A stretch of 63,784 nt of DNA, the filler included, from Octopus bimaculoides (taxonomy: Eukaryota), in NCBI RefSeq assembly GCF_001194135.2. It is 5 parts of 5 records of this genome, joined end to end, with 100 filler letters (N's around TTAATTAATTAA, not from the genome) between each part and the next. Parts side by side here need not be neighbours in the genome. Positions count along the whole stretch, not along the records: positions 51,421 to 61,647 come from NC_068992.1; positions 61,748 to 63,784 come from NC_068982.1; 3 more parts are not named here. One strand, 5' to 3'. The notes below the pieces were generated by a model, which was not told where the DNA came from, searched no databases, and saw nothing but the letters and a program-made list of their open reading frames with translations. Both the position numbers and the translations under genes were made by a program. Below, piece by piece: positions 52,383 to 63,784 of this stretch; the first letter of the stretch is position 1, and every line of letters starts with the position of its first letter.

Positions 52383-53830
52383 GATATATATGTATGCATA
52401 TATATATACATATATATTATATATAAATGTGTATGCATACATATACATACATACATACATNNNNNNNNNNNNNNNNNNNNNNNNNNNNNNNNNNNNNNNN
52501 NNNNNNNNNNNNNNNNNNNNNNNNNNNNNNNNNNNNNNNNNNNNNNNNNNNNNNNNNNNNNNNNNNNNNNNNNNNNNNNNNNNNNNNNNNNNNNNNNNNN
52601 NNNNNNNNNNNNNNNNNNNNNNNNNNNNNNNNNNNNNNNNNNNNNNNNNNNNNNNNNNNNNNNNNNNNNNNTATATATATATATATATATGTCTGTGTGT
52701 GTGTGTGTGTGTGTGTGCGTGTGGCTGTGTGTATGTATAATATGTGATTGTTTATTATTAACATTGTATATATTAGAAATACATTATATATATACATGTA
52801 CTTACACATACAAAGACATGTACGCTATATATGTGCAGGTCTGTGTTCGGATGAGGATGTGTCAATACTTTTATCTACCTGTGTATCCAGTCATTTATTT
52901 CTTTATTGCTAATTAACTATTTATGCATCCATGAGTATAAGATTTCGCTCATGCCTGCGAATATGTCTGAAATCGAATTAATATGATTGTCTGATCTTTC
53001 AGGTATAAATGTCATCAGTACATAAATAATCGAACCGAAGCAACTTCTGTCGTCTTGGTCATCAGGATGAAATAATGCCATGTGCTTGAAAATTCGACCT
53101 TTAGTTCGTCTCATATCGGCCAGTTTTAATGTCGCATAACGATCAAAGTCAATATATATATCAACCATCCCTTTACTGAAAGATAAGCACTTGTACATGT
53201 TTTAGCAGATATGCTGTAGTGATATATCAGTCCCCAACTCTAAATTAATTTTATTGTTATCTACACCACAGCGTCCTTATCTTGTGTGTGAAATTTTCAT
53301 TTGTTCCTTGCCAAGCTTCTCTGTAATCTTTCAAAATTATTTAATGTAACGCCACATACCTATCTTCTCTTCGTCCCCTATACTAGAAATTTTGTTGTGC
53401 AACGTCGCTTTACTTTACCCTTTCTTCGTTTCTCTTTTCTCTTCCATTTTCTCTTTAGGCATGCACATTTCTTTCTCCTCCCACACCCTCTTGATTCGTT
53501 TGACCGCTGACTTGTTTAGTCTCGTTTCTTCTCGTCCCTCATCTTCTCGGCGTTAAACTTTGGGCTGGTGATTCTTTTTCACAGTTCGGTTTTTGTGGGG
53601 AGTTTTTTTCTGTTTTCTTTTTCTTCGCGTTTCGCCTTTCCACTCCAATTTCCTGTCATTTTACATTACTTTTCTTATACCACACGCCTTGTCTTGTCTC
53701 ATACTATGGTCATGTGACTAAAGCCTTGTAAGTAGATTTGGTAGACAGGAATTGAAAGAAGCCTGTCGTGTGTGTGTGTGCGTGTGTGTGTGTCTGTGTC
53801 TGTGTGTCTGTGTCTATGTGTGTGTGTGTG

Positions 53831-53875
<45 letters not shown>

Positions 53876-55854
53876 AGGCATACAAGGGATCGTTGTGTGA
53901 GCGTAGATACAAGTAATTTATTATTATAGAAAGATATATTGCTATAAACAATGCCATCCACACCTCCGCTTACATATTCGTGTACGAAAGGCTTACTTAT
54001 ATCAATAAATGTGTACTTACGTATGCATGTACATACACGCATTTATGCATTCCATACATATACGTCTTTGTATATATATATATAACTTAACCGATGACTG
54101 GCCAAAATTTCAAGCAGTGGCTCGCATGCTGCTTATGACTCCTAGATGCTCTTCTGCTGTCACTTATTAATTACTTAAGTCTCGTAGACTTGTGTAGTTT
54201 AACCGCTTGGAGATTTCATCTACAGTAGTTGGAACTCCACATCGTCGTCTAAGTTTTTGAACTTATAATTAAATAAGAAGTAACATACAAATCGAAATAA
54301 TTTTTGATGTATTTGGTATTTTATGTTTATTTTCCTCTGATTGGTTATCTTTTCAAATGTAACTGAACTTGTAAATTGAATAACTTTTAAATTAGGTATA
54401 CGTCATTGTTTCAGAAACTATACAATACTTATTCATACTTACTGTGAATGTCAACACAAGTTGGTAATGTTTCATGCAATTTTCAGACTATGGTTGTATT
54501 TATTTATTTATTCATATGCATTTAGGATTATAACGAAGTTAATTATACTTATTCTTACTGTAATTGTGATTATGCCTAATTTTGAAACAATATCAATTAT
54601 GCTTATGCTAGGACGTAAAAACGTTTTAGTTTCTAGTGAACTATCTAAAACATTAAATAACAATTACTGAAAGTTTAAGTGCCTGTTGGTATTTGAGTTA
54701 TATAAAGTTCCTCTCACACTGAAAGAGAAAAACGTTTCTTGAAATCTCGCATCATCTTTGTTTCAGACATCTTGAGCTACACGTGCCGTGACGTTTACAT
54801 TTTTATTTTGCTTAACGGCATTTCATCTGTCTTTAAATTCCGATTTCAAATTCCAACGAAAGAATGAAATACATTTTATCCTTTCGCCGCCGATAATATA
54901 ATAACTGGATTCGATTACATCGATTTGTTCCTCTCCACCAAATTTCTGCCTCTGGTAGAATCGGTTATTAGACATTAAATTTACGGCGATTAGGCAGAAT
55001 ATATTTTATACCAAATAAAACATGTTTGGTACCCTTGTGATTATGTAATTGTAGTCAACCTTGTATTTCATCAGCGGTTTATCGATAAATAAGATGACAG
55101 TGAATTACTGAAATCGATAGTATTGGCCAACTCTTCCATCTAAATTATAAGCCTTGAGTCGCTTTTACAAATAATTATATATAACATTTTAAATGTGTTG
55201 TTGAGTGAAACGTTTTGAACTTGATTTCGTTTGATGTTTCAGCGCGATGGATTCTAAACTGTTGCACAGACAGTAAGGTGCTATATAAAAATCTAATCTG
55301 ATGTGGACTTTGATACCTTTATGTTGTGACTCTGAATTCCACTGCGGTCCAGTTTTGCATCAAATATCTCTGCATTGCATTGCAAAATTACCAATCATGT
55401 TTAGGGTTCAAGTAAATATGATCAGTACTTTGTCGCCAGTATCAAGTGTCAGACAGAACGGCGGGCTTTATTTTCCAGTTGTTTGTGCTGTAGCATCACT
55501 GATTCAATGGATGATGGCTGTGGTATGAACAACTAGTAGTTTTAAACGCAATACTTTCTCTGGTTTGCATCTTTGGGAGACATATGCCAGGATTATTTCA
55601 AGCCGAGTATATCATCTCCGTGTTATATAAATGTTGTATAGTGAAACAGTACACCCCTCCCGGTACAAAGTGGTAGTACCGAGCCATTATAAACAGAGCA
55701 GTAGCCGGTCAAGGGAAGAAGATCAGAAAGTCGAGTACGTGTAGATTGTGTTGATAGTCCAGTCCGTGCTGAGATGGTAATTATACTGTGGTACTGAGTG
55801 AACATTGTAACATCTGCAGCAGTAAATGTTACACTTAATGAAGGAGATAACCAA

Positions 55855-56510
55855 ACCAGAGTATACATTTTCACCTGACCATGTAGCAAATTCCATAAGT
55901 GAATTCAAATATGACCCCGAAGAGGGAGTAACATTCGAGGTTTACTTTCGAATGCTACGATTGGATGGATGATTTGAAAACGTGTCTAGTTTTAAGAAAA
56001 CTAACGGCAGCAGAGCATGAGAAGTATGATAACTTCACATAGCTAACAAAAAAAATGCGTCCGACATAAATTTCACCGACACAGTTGACATTTTGTACAC
56101 AATGTTTAGTGAAAAGAGTTAACTGTTTAACATTAGATGGAAATGTTTAATCAAAGAAAAGAGCAGCATGAAGACCTCACTACTTACATAGGCAGAGTCA
56201 ACAAAGAATATGAGAGAGTTAGGCTGGATATGCTTACGCCACATTCTTTCAAGTGTTTGATTTTTTTTTTTTTCACAAATACTGCCAGATAGAAGGGATG
56301 CAGAAATCCGAACAATAATTCTATCAAAACTGGAAATGTACTAGCATTTGATATTAAAGAAACTGTCGGAAGAGTGTGAGAGAATATTAAAACTAAGGCA
56401 TGACAAGGAAGAAATACAACCGAAAGAGTATTTCCACCTAAGACCAGTGCAAAAAGTCGGAAGTGTTGCAGGAAAAACAGAAAAAAATATCGGGATGTAG
56501 CCCCATGTAT
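55855..56510 (+). mobile_element. Degenerate Gypsy/Ty3 (K02A2.6-like) gag fragment
   Basis: FSPDHVANSISEFKYDPEEGVTFEVYFR, LRKLTAAEHEKY, LFNIRWKCL, DAEIRTIILSKLE, SEECERILKLRHD; multiple stops and frameshifts. Confidence 0.8.
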
Positions 56511-56769
56511 GGCATGTGGTAGGATGCGCCTAAAAAAATATTGTCTGTATAAGTGTTTTCGCTGCGGTCTTAGAGCACATACAAAATCTCACTGCAAAAC
56601 TAGAATGATAAGAAAAAATAAATAGTTTGTCAGCAGGAAGAGTTGTGACTACAACAAGGAGTAAGGCTATGTAAGTGTGACTGTAGGCCCATAGCTAGTA
56701 CTCGTAGACTCTTAGTATGAGTGAGGATTCTGCTGCAAGTCGTGTGTGAGCATGTATATGTTAAATAAA

Positions 56770-57120
56770 ATGAGACAACAAAGTCAAGGAAGTGTAGAAT
56801 TTCTAGGACATTTATAAAGAGAAAGGTAGTGTTACAGCTGTTTCGGGAATGTGAGGGATACCCTCTATCAAAGACGATATGAGAGAGTCAAACAGAGGGT
56901 TATAATCCAATATATCGATGTATATTTTATTTTATTTTTCCCTTTATACGTCCTATATCTTTCCCTTCTTATAGTTATTTCTACGATTTTCCTCCATATA
57001 ACTGTCTCATATCGTATCTCATGAAGGGATATCCCTCATATCCCTGAAATTGCTTTAACACTACCTTTCTTTGTATAAACGTCCTATAAATTCCACACTG
57101 CCTTGGCTTTGTTGTCTTAT
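56770..57120. mobile_element. Penelope-like pseudo-LTR inverted pair with a hammerhead remnant
   Basis: About 100-bp imperfect inverted arms (56770-56875 and 57020-57120); CTCATGA-agggata/tatccct-GAAA at 57018-57049. Confidence 0.6.
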
Positions 57121-57779
57121 ATGTACATATATATATGTGTGTGTGCGTGTGTGTGCGTGTGAATGTGTATGTGTATGTGTGTGTGTGAATATATATATAT
57201 ATATATATANNNNNNNNNNNNNNNNNNNNNNNNNNNNNNNNNNNNNNNNNNNNNNNNNNNNNNNNNNNNNNNNNNNNNNNNNNNNNNNNNNNNNNNNNNN
57301 NNNNNNNNNNNNNNNNNNNNNNNNNNNNNNNNNNNNNNNNNNNNNNNNNNNNNNNNNNNNNNNNNNNNNNNNNNNNNNNNNNNNNNNNNNNNNNNNNNNN
57401 NNNNNNNNNNNNNNNNNNNNNNNNNNNNNNNNNNNNNNNNNNNNNNNNNNNNNNNNNNNNNNNNNNNNNNNNNNNNNNNNNNNNNNNNNNNNNNNNNNNN
57501 NNNNNNNNNNNNNNNNNNNNNNNNNNNNNNNNNNNNNNNNNNNNNNNNNNNNNNNNNNNNNNNNNNNNNNNNNNNNNNNNNNNNNNNNNNNNNNNNNNNN
57601 NNNNNNNNNNNNNNNNNNNNNNNNNNNNNNNNNNNNNNNNNNNNNNNNNNNNNNNNNNNNNNNNNNNNNNNNNNNNNNNNNNNNNNNNNNNNNNNNNNNN
57701 NNNNNNNNNNNNNNNNNNNNNNNNNNNNNNNNNNNNNNNNNNNNNATATATATATATATATAGGTATATACATATAGGA

Positions 57780-57922
57780 CAGCCTTCTTTCAAACTGAAA
57801 GTAGTATCTCACATGCCCCGCTCTCGCATGTATCCAAGATTAAAATTTCAGCGCAATCGGGTGAACAATACTCGAGTTACAAGCCCACAAGAATCAGACA
57901 GAACGGAATTTATATATTAGAT
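57780..57922 (-). mobile_element. Non-autonomous Helitron-like 5' end
   Basis: Minus strand begins A^TCTAATATATAAATTCCGTTCTGTCTG, a typical TC start; assignment by resemblance. Confidence 0.45.
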
Positions 57923-58079
57923 GAGCCAATGAGGGAGACGTCTACATGCATATTTATACATACATACACACACACATACACACACATATGTATATATGTA
58001 TATATATACATATATATATAAATATACATCTATATATATATATATACACATATATCTTTACATATATATATATGTGTGT

Positions 58080-58130
<51 letters not shown>

Positions 58131-59011
58131 CAGATACATACATACATACATACATACATACATAGAGAGATGTAAGCAATATGCACACGAGTGTAAAGTG
58201 CATATTGCAATATTTCTGCATCATCCAAAAAGGGTATTTTGCATTGTCAACAGAACCTCTTCACGATATGCAGATTGTATTCCCAGGGCAAGAATAAGAA
58301 AATTGGAGTCTACATGAAACAACAATCGCGATGAGTATTCGTCTGTAATTGGTCTGCCGACTATTGTTATGATTTCAAGCTATAATTATATTGCTTCTCA
58401 GAGAAAGCTATAATACTTTATTATATACAGATCCAGTGTTGTATATTGCATATTATATAACTGTAGATGTAATCACAATATCAATGTCTATAGAGGAAAC
58501 CCATGAGCTTCCGTAAACAAATACTGTTTATCATTATGTTAGAATCTAATTAAATGTTACAGGCAGACCTAAAGCTATTGATACAATTCCGTGGTATATC
58601 ATTAGCATAGAGCTACATATATAGATCACATCAAGATCTTTTTCCCCCGAAATATTTATAATATATAAAAAATAGAATATACGCAGTCTGTAACATATAA
58701 TGATCAGATGTTACAGGAAGATCTGTAAATATTATTACTGTTGTGGTTATTGTCTTTGTTGTATATAGCTACATATTCTCTATCATTAAGGAAAATATGA
58801 TTTTTAGTGCACACATATATGCAGGCGTGTGTCTGTATTTGCGTAATTGTTATGGGATGTAGTTAGTCAAATAAAAGCAGGATCCAATGTCATATCCTAG
58901 TAAAAGGGTATGTTATGTTGAGAACGCTTCTCGTTAAAAATACAAAGCAAATTCATTTCAATTAACTATTTATAATTGTGTTCGTTTATATATATATATA
59001 TATGTGTGTGT

Positions 59012-59067
<56 letters not shown>

Positions 59068-59087
59068 ATACATATATATATATCTGT

Positions 59088-59125
<38 letters not shown>

Positions 59126-59623
59126 NNNNNNNNNNNNNNNNNNNNNNNNNNNNNNNNNNNNNNNNNNNNNNNNNNNNNNNNNNNNNNNNNNNNNNNNNNN
59201 NNNNNNNNNNNNNNNNNNNTATATATATATATATATTTGGATGATCCAAAAAAGGAGTCGAAAAATTTTGTTTTTTTTTCTCAATTTACAATGAGTCACC
59301 CTCCTATTTTATTCAGATTCTCAAAAAAACATTGTATGGGAAATTTGGGGTTGGAAAAGAGAAAATTAGAGATTGCTACCAAGTTTTAAAAATATATGCA
59401 CATCAGTTTGTGCTCAAAAATATTGTTTTGTTGACATTTTCGCCGGAACCAGTTTGATATGTACCTAGTTAACCTAGTTTAGGAAAAAATGATGACATTC
59501 TAGACTATAGTACGTATTGAGATACTGAGTATAAAGCGTTAAGTTTTTTTTTTTTTATGTGGAAGTTTCCCCAGTAGGCATATCATAACCACTTACGTAA
59601 GTTTATTTTTGTTTTTTGTGAAG

Positions 59624-60245
59624 TTAGAGTAATGTTTCTTTGTTTTTGCCTGCGAGTGACGACCTGTAACTTTTAACAATTTGAAGAAAGAATTGTTTCT
59701 GCTCTTCATCATAGGTTATCAGTTTGTTGTATCCCTCCATCAGTCGTAGACCTCTTTCTGCAATATCGTTAACCATTTTGAGTCCATATACGATATCTCT
59801 TGCATTCGCATAACATTCATCATTATTCCAATCTTCACCATCTTTCTCTAGAAATGTGCAAGGCACCGCTAGGTTTTCTAAGAATCTTTTTGTGTTGGCA
59901 TTAACGAAATCCTGCAGTAATTTCTGCCCAGCTGATTCAGGTTTTATTGATACTTATTTGCTCGGTTTTGAATCAACTGCTTACTCCAGAGCATGCTTCC
60001 TTTTGGTTTGTTTTTTTTTTTTGTTTTTTGTTTTTCTTTTAGTCTCATGTGAAACAGCTGAATCAAATATGCAAGCACCACACGTTCCTCAGAGAGGTAC
60101 CACAAATGTCGCAAAAACTTATTGACTGTAGCAGCAGACTTTGCACAAGATGCGAATCTCAACGGGTGGAGAGCGCATGGAGGTATGGATGTCATGAACC
60201 ACGATCTGATATATATCGCAGCTGGAAAGCAGCAAACATCTCTTA
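59624..60245 (-). mobile_element. hAT-superfamily (hATm-like) transposase C-terminal remnant
   Basis: RHLWYLSEERVVLA and KMVNDIAERGLRLMEGYNKLITYDEEQKQFFLQIV motifs; frameshifted. Confidence 0.75.
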
Positions 60246-60469
60246 GTCCTTTTTCCTCTATCTCAGTTAGGTTAACTGAGATTTAAACATGAACATTTTA
60301 ATACAGCAAATTAGCTTTCGTTTATGTTGGACGATAGAATTGAGAGAGAGGTGAACACTAACAAGCTTCATATAGATGCTTCATAATCGAAGGTTTAATT
60401 TCATTTACTTCTTTACTGCTCATTTTCATATAACTGTCTTTACTTCTATATTTTATCTTTTACTTCGTT

Positions 60470-61140
60470 ACGCAATCAGACTTACGGCAATGCAGGGTCA
60501 CCGTCTTGAAGAATTTTTGTTGAACACATCGAACCCAGTACTTCTTTTTTTAAAAGCGTGGTACTTATTTTCTCGGCCTGTTGTACCGAACTCCTAAGTT
60601 ACGTAGACGTAAGCGAAATAACAACGTCTGTCAAGCGATGGTGATGTGGGGGGGGGGTAAATACAGTGAATGAGCAATACACACGCACACACATATCTAA
60701 TATATACATGCATACACAGACACACACACAGAAACGGACACACACACAGACACAGACACAGACACAGACACACACACAAACACACACACATATATANNNN
60801 NNNNNNNNNNNNNNNNNNNNNNNNNNNNNNNNNNNNNNNNNNNNNNNNNNNNNNNNNNNNNNNNNNNNNNNNNNNNNNNNNNNNNNNNNNNNNNNNNNNN
60901 NNNNNNNNNNNNNNNNNNNNNNNNNNNNNNNNNNNNNNNNNNNNNNNNNNNNNNNNNNNNNNNNNNNNNNNNNTATATATATATATATATGCACGACCTT
61001 GTATTATATATACACCTTTCAGTTTCCCGCTACCAAATCCACTCACATGGCAATAGCAGAAGATACTTTCCCCAGGTGCCACACAGTGGAACTGAACCCC
61101 GAACCATGTGGTTGGAAAGTAAACTTCTTACCAGACAGTC
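60470..61140 (-). mobile_element. Second-family SINE spanning a gap
   Basis: Reverse tail 60470-60660, microsatellite and N-gap, reverse head 61015-61140. Confidence 0.7.
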
Positions 61141-61541
61141 AATCCTACGCCTACCTGTTTCATTTTTCATAACCGATTATGTGTAGGTATCCAGATACTG
61201 TTCTTCTACATGGTATTCAAAATATCTCATCGTATACAATGCCTGAGGCAAATTTGAAATACTTTCTATTATTATTACGTTACACAGAAATCGCTTATTC
61301 TTACATACAACACATAAAAATTCTAGTGAAAAGTGCTAGACAACATTTTATTCGATTATACATTTCTGTTGATTAAAATATTACGTTAGTTATAAATGTT
61401 TCATATGATAGTCAAAGTAGGTAGAGATTACTGAAGTTATATATGTAAATACACACAGATAGACACGCATTAACACTAATCATAATCCCACACATGAGGA
61501 AACAAACGTTAATATGTACATATACACTTATATATTCACTT

Positions 61542-61599
<58 letters not shown>

Positions 61600-62116
61600 G
61601 AGTGTGTGTGTGTGTGCGTGTGTGTGTGTGAGTAAGTATGTATATGTNNNNNNNNNNNNNNNNNNNNNNNNNNNNNNNNNNNNNNNNNNNNTTAATTAAT
61701 TAANNNNNNNNNNNNNNNNNNNNNNNNNNNNNNNNNNNNNNNNNNNNATATATATATATATATAAGAAATGTTACAAAAAGTTAGCTGGATTAACTCTAG
61801 TTTTCTTTGTTTTCTGAAAGAGAGATGGTCATTAGACATACTCTCAAAGTATCTTTCGTAACCTGACAGAAGCAATTCTATCTTCATTTCACGTGCTTCA
61901 ACTATTAAGGGAACGTCGAAGAGAAACTTTCAAAATTATTTGAAGATTGTGTTTTCTTTCCGGTAAAATAGTGATGATATTAATTAATTTGTATTAATGA
62001 CAAACAAAATTTTCACTAGAAACATTAAAGTCACCAATCAGCATATAACATTTGCTGATTAATTTGTGTGGAGTGTACAGTTTGAAATATTCGTGGAATC
62101 CCATTTCTTTTTATAG

Positions 62117-62286
62117 ATGACGCAGCAACCAGAAAAGCTCCACCAGGCTTTGTAAACGGTGGATACACATCCGATTTTCAGTATACCACTGCATCTGGAC
62201 CACCACCTGAACCACCACCTACTTACTGGTCATTTTATCCAGAGGAACAACAACCACAACAACCACAACAACCACAAGTGATTATT
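62117..62286 (+). CDS. Internal coding exon of a Pro/Gln-rich PPxY protein (LITAF/CDIP1/BRI3-like N-terminus; family unresolved)
   Basis: ttctttttatAG acceptor, 170 nt reading xDAATRKAPPGFVNGGYTSDFQYTTASGPPPEPPPTYWSFYPEEQQPQQPQQPQVII, donor gtaagt at 62287. GC-richer than its flanks; PPTY motif. Confidence 0.7.
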
Positions 62287-63227
62287 GTAAGTAAATTTAT
62301 TTTATTTTCATTTGATTTTTAAGGTTCTACTCTCAGATATCCGACATAGAAATCTCATGTCTTGCTGGTTTAAGTCATTAAAGAAGAATGGTACTAGGAA
62401 AATTCCTCCAAGAGATATTAGGCCACCATGTCATCATATCAAGCACAATATATATCTTACTCTAGTTTTTACTTTACCTGACTTTATCGAATGGACGACA
62501 GGTTGTAAAGAACCACAGCGTTAACAGGAACATTCAAAGCTCCTGATATGAAGGAAATATGCATACGCATGCATATCCATCCATCCATCCATCCATCCAT
62601 CCATCCATACATACATACATATATCTTGATTAAATGAAAGTTTACATTGCCGCAATGAGGTACATGTTAACGCAAGGAAGATCCAATAAAAATGTTCCTA
62701 ATCTAGTAAACGCTAACTGTGTGGAAGACACGGAAATGGAGAAAATGAAATTAAACTTGTCACCTGAGGATATCCCACACATTCTGATTGAATCTTCCTT
62801 GCGGCAACGTAATCTTTCATTTAATCAAAATATCCTCGGCCCGAAGAGTAGCCAGCGTATACACCTCACCTGGATATTTACCACTTTTGAGGTTCCGCTC
62901 GTGATGAAACATATGTAGCCCGGATCTTATCTATTCCATTCCGTAATTCTTGTATTCTTATTCGCACACCCGGCAAACCTGGTCGCCTACCGTGAAATAT
63001 AAAAAGAACTTTTTTTTTCATTTTATCGAACTTCGATACGAAAAAACTCCACAACCTTCCGTCTCAATGATCCACTATTGTTCCTCAAAGTTGCTTTTTT
63101 ATATTTACTACTGGTTGCTTGAAGCTAACTTTCTTCCTACACCTCGATCCCTGGATCTTACATCTATATATATTTATATATCATTCAAACACCGAAGTGG
63201 TTGAATATATGCTTAAGTCCACCATTT

Positions 63228-63480
63228 CGTATTATTATCATAATTATCATTGCCTTTGCACAGCTTCTAACGCTGGAGATGTACTACAGTGTCATTTTCG
63301 AGCACCTTCCGGAGTATTCGAACGGTTTCAATCAGTGCTGTTTTCTGCACGTGCTCCACCTTTATTGCAGCCCCTATTTGTTCCACGTACTTCTCGAGAT
63401 TTTTACTCACTGTTCCCAGGGCTCCGACAATTATTGGTACTACTGCTACCTTTTTCATCGACCACAACTGCTTAACTTCC
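63228..63480 (-). mobile_element. RLE-type (R4/NeSL-like) LINE extreme 3' end
   Basis: MWSMKKVAVVPIIVGALGTVSKNLEKY...QKTALIETVRILRKVLE; (AAT)n tail. Confidence 0.85.
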
Positions 63481-63514
63481 CAAGCTAACCTGTCATACCT
63501 CTTTTACTCATTTA

Positions 63515-63784
63515 CTCATTTTACTTGTTTCAGTCATTTGACTGCGGCCATGCTGGAGCGCCGCCTTTAGTCGAGCAAATCGATCCCAGGACTTATTCTT
63601 TGTAAGCCTAGTACTTATTCTATCGGTCTCTTTTGCCGAACTGCTAAGTTACGGGGATGTAAACACATCAACATCGGTTGTCAAGCGATGGTGGGGGACA
63701 AACACAGACACACAAACATATATACACACACACATACATACATACATACATACATACATACATACATACATACATACATACATA
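63515..63784 (-). mobile_element. Second-family SINE tail plus (TACA)n, cut by the window end
   Basis: Near-consensus tail, very similar to 46630-46850. Confidence 0.85.

Noticed and set aside
53400-53690. Purine-rich minus-strand stretch with KRITSPKFNAEKMRDEK-like peptide
   Set aside because: Interrupted by stops; probably an old LINE linker fragment, too weak to annotate.
55634-55687. Minus-strand peptide MARYYHFVPGGVYCFTIQ resembling the N-terminus of bacterial REP-associated tyrosine transposases
   Set aside because: The frame stops about 11 codons later with no HUH motif, and the context is eukaryotic next to a Gypsy gag; judged coincidental.
62287-62323. Possible 37-nt intron joining the PPxY exon to ORF 62312-62524
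   Set aside because: Too short for a typical metazoan intron, and the downstream peptide resembles no known domain.

Overview
Eukaryotic, AT-rich, microsatellite-dense genomic DNA with many N-gaps. The repeat families and the TTAATTAATTAA gap linkers suggest an octopus draft assembly, probably Octopus bimaculoides (inference). The main gene is the 5' end of a Musashi (msi/Rbp6-type) RNA-binding protein gene on the + strand. Coding exon 1 is 12968-13029 (MKMDSQTPQTNSTDEIPNDPG) and exon 2 is 27228-27268 (KMFIGGLSWQTTG). I did not find exon 3 in the window, so intron 2 is probably longer than 36 kb. A CpG-rich promoter at about 11.3-11.55 kb carries CRE, X-box, CCAAT and GC-box motifs, and several splice signals point to extra 5' exons. 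One gives an in-frame alternative N-terminus, and others suggest a spliced antisense transcript. The introns hold LINE remnants (RTE, CR1-like, RLE/R4-like), Penelope-like elements with hammerhead-ribozyme motifs, mariner/Tc1, hAT, Helitron and Gypsy gag remnants, and many SINEs. An unrelated Pro/Gln-rich PPxY exon lies at 62117-62286. The most notable oddities are an RTE 3' end with an intact triple C2H2 zinc-finger ORF and a nested long fold-back at 39.9-40.5 kb. No CRISPR, rRNA or genuine tRNA gene was seen. Most ORF-track entries are microsatellite or N artefacts.
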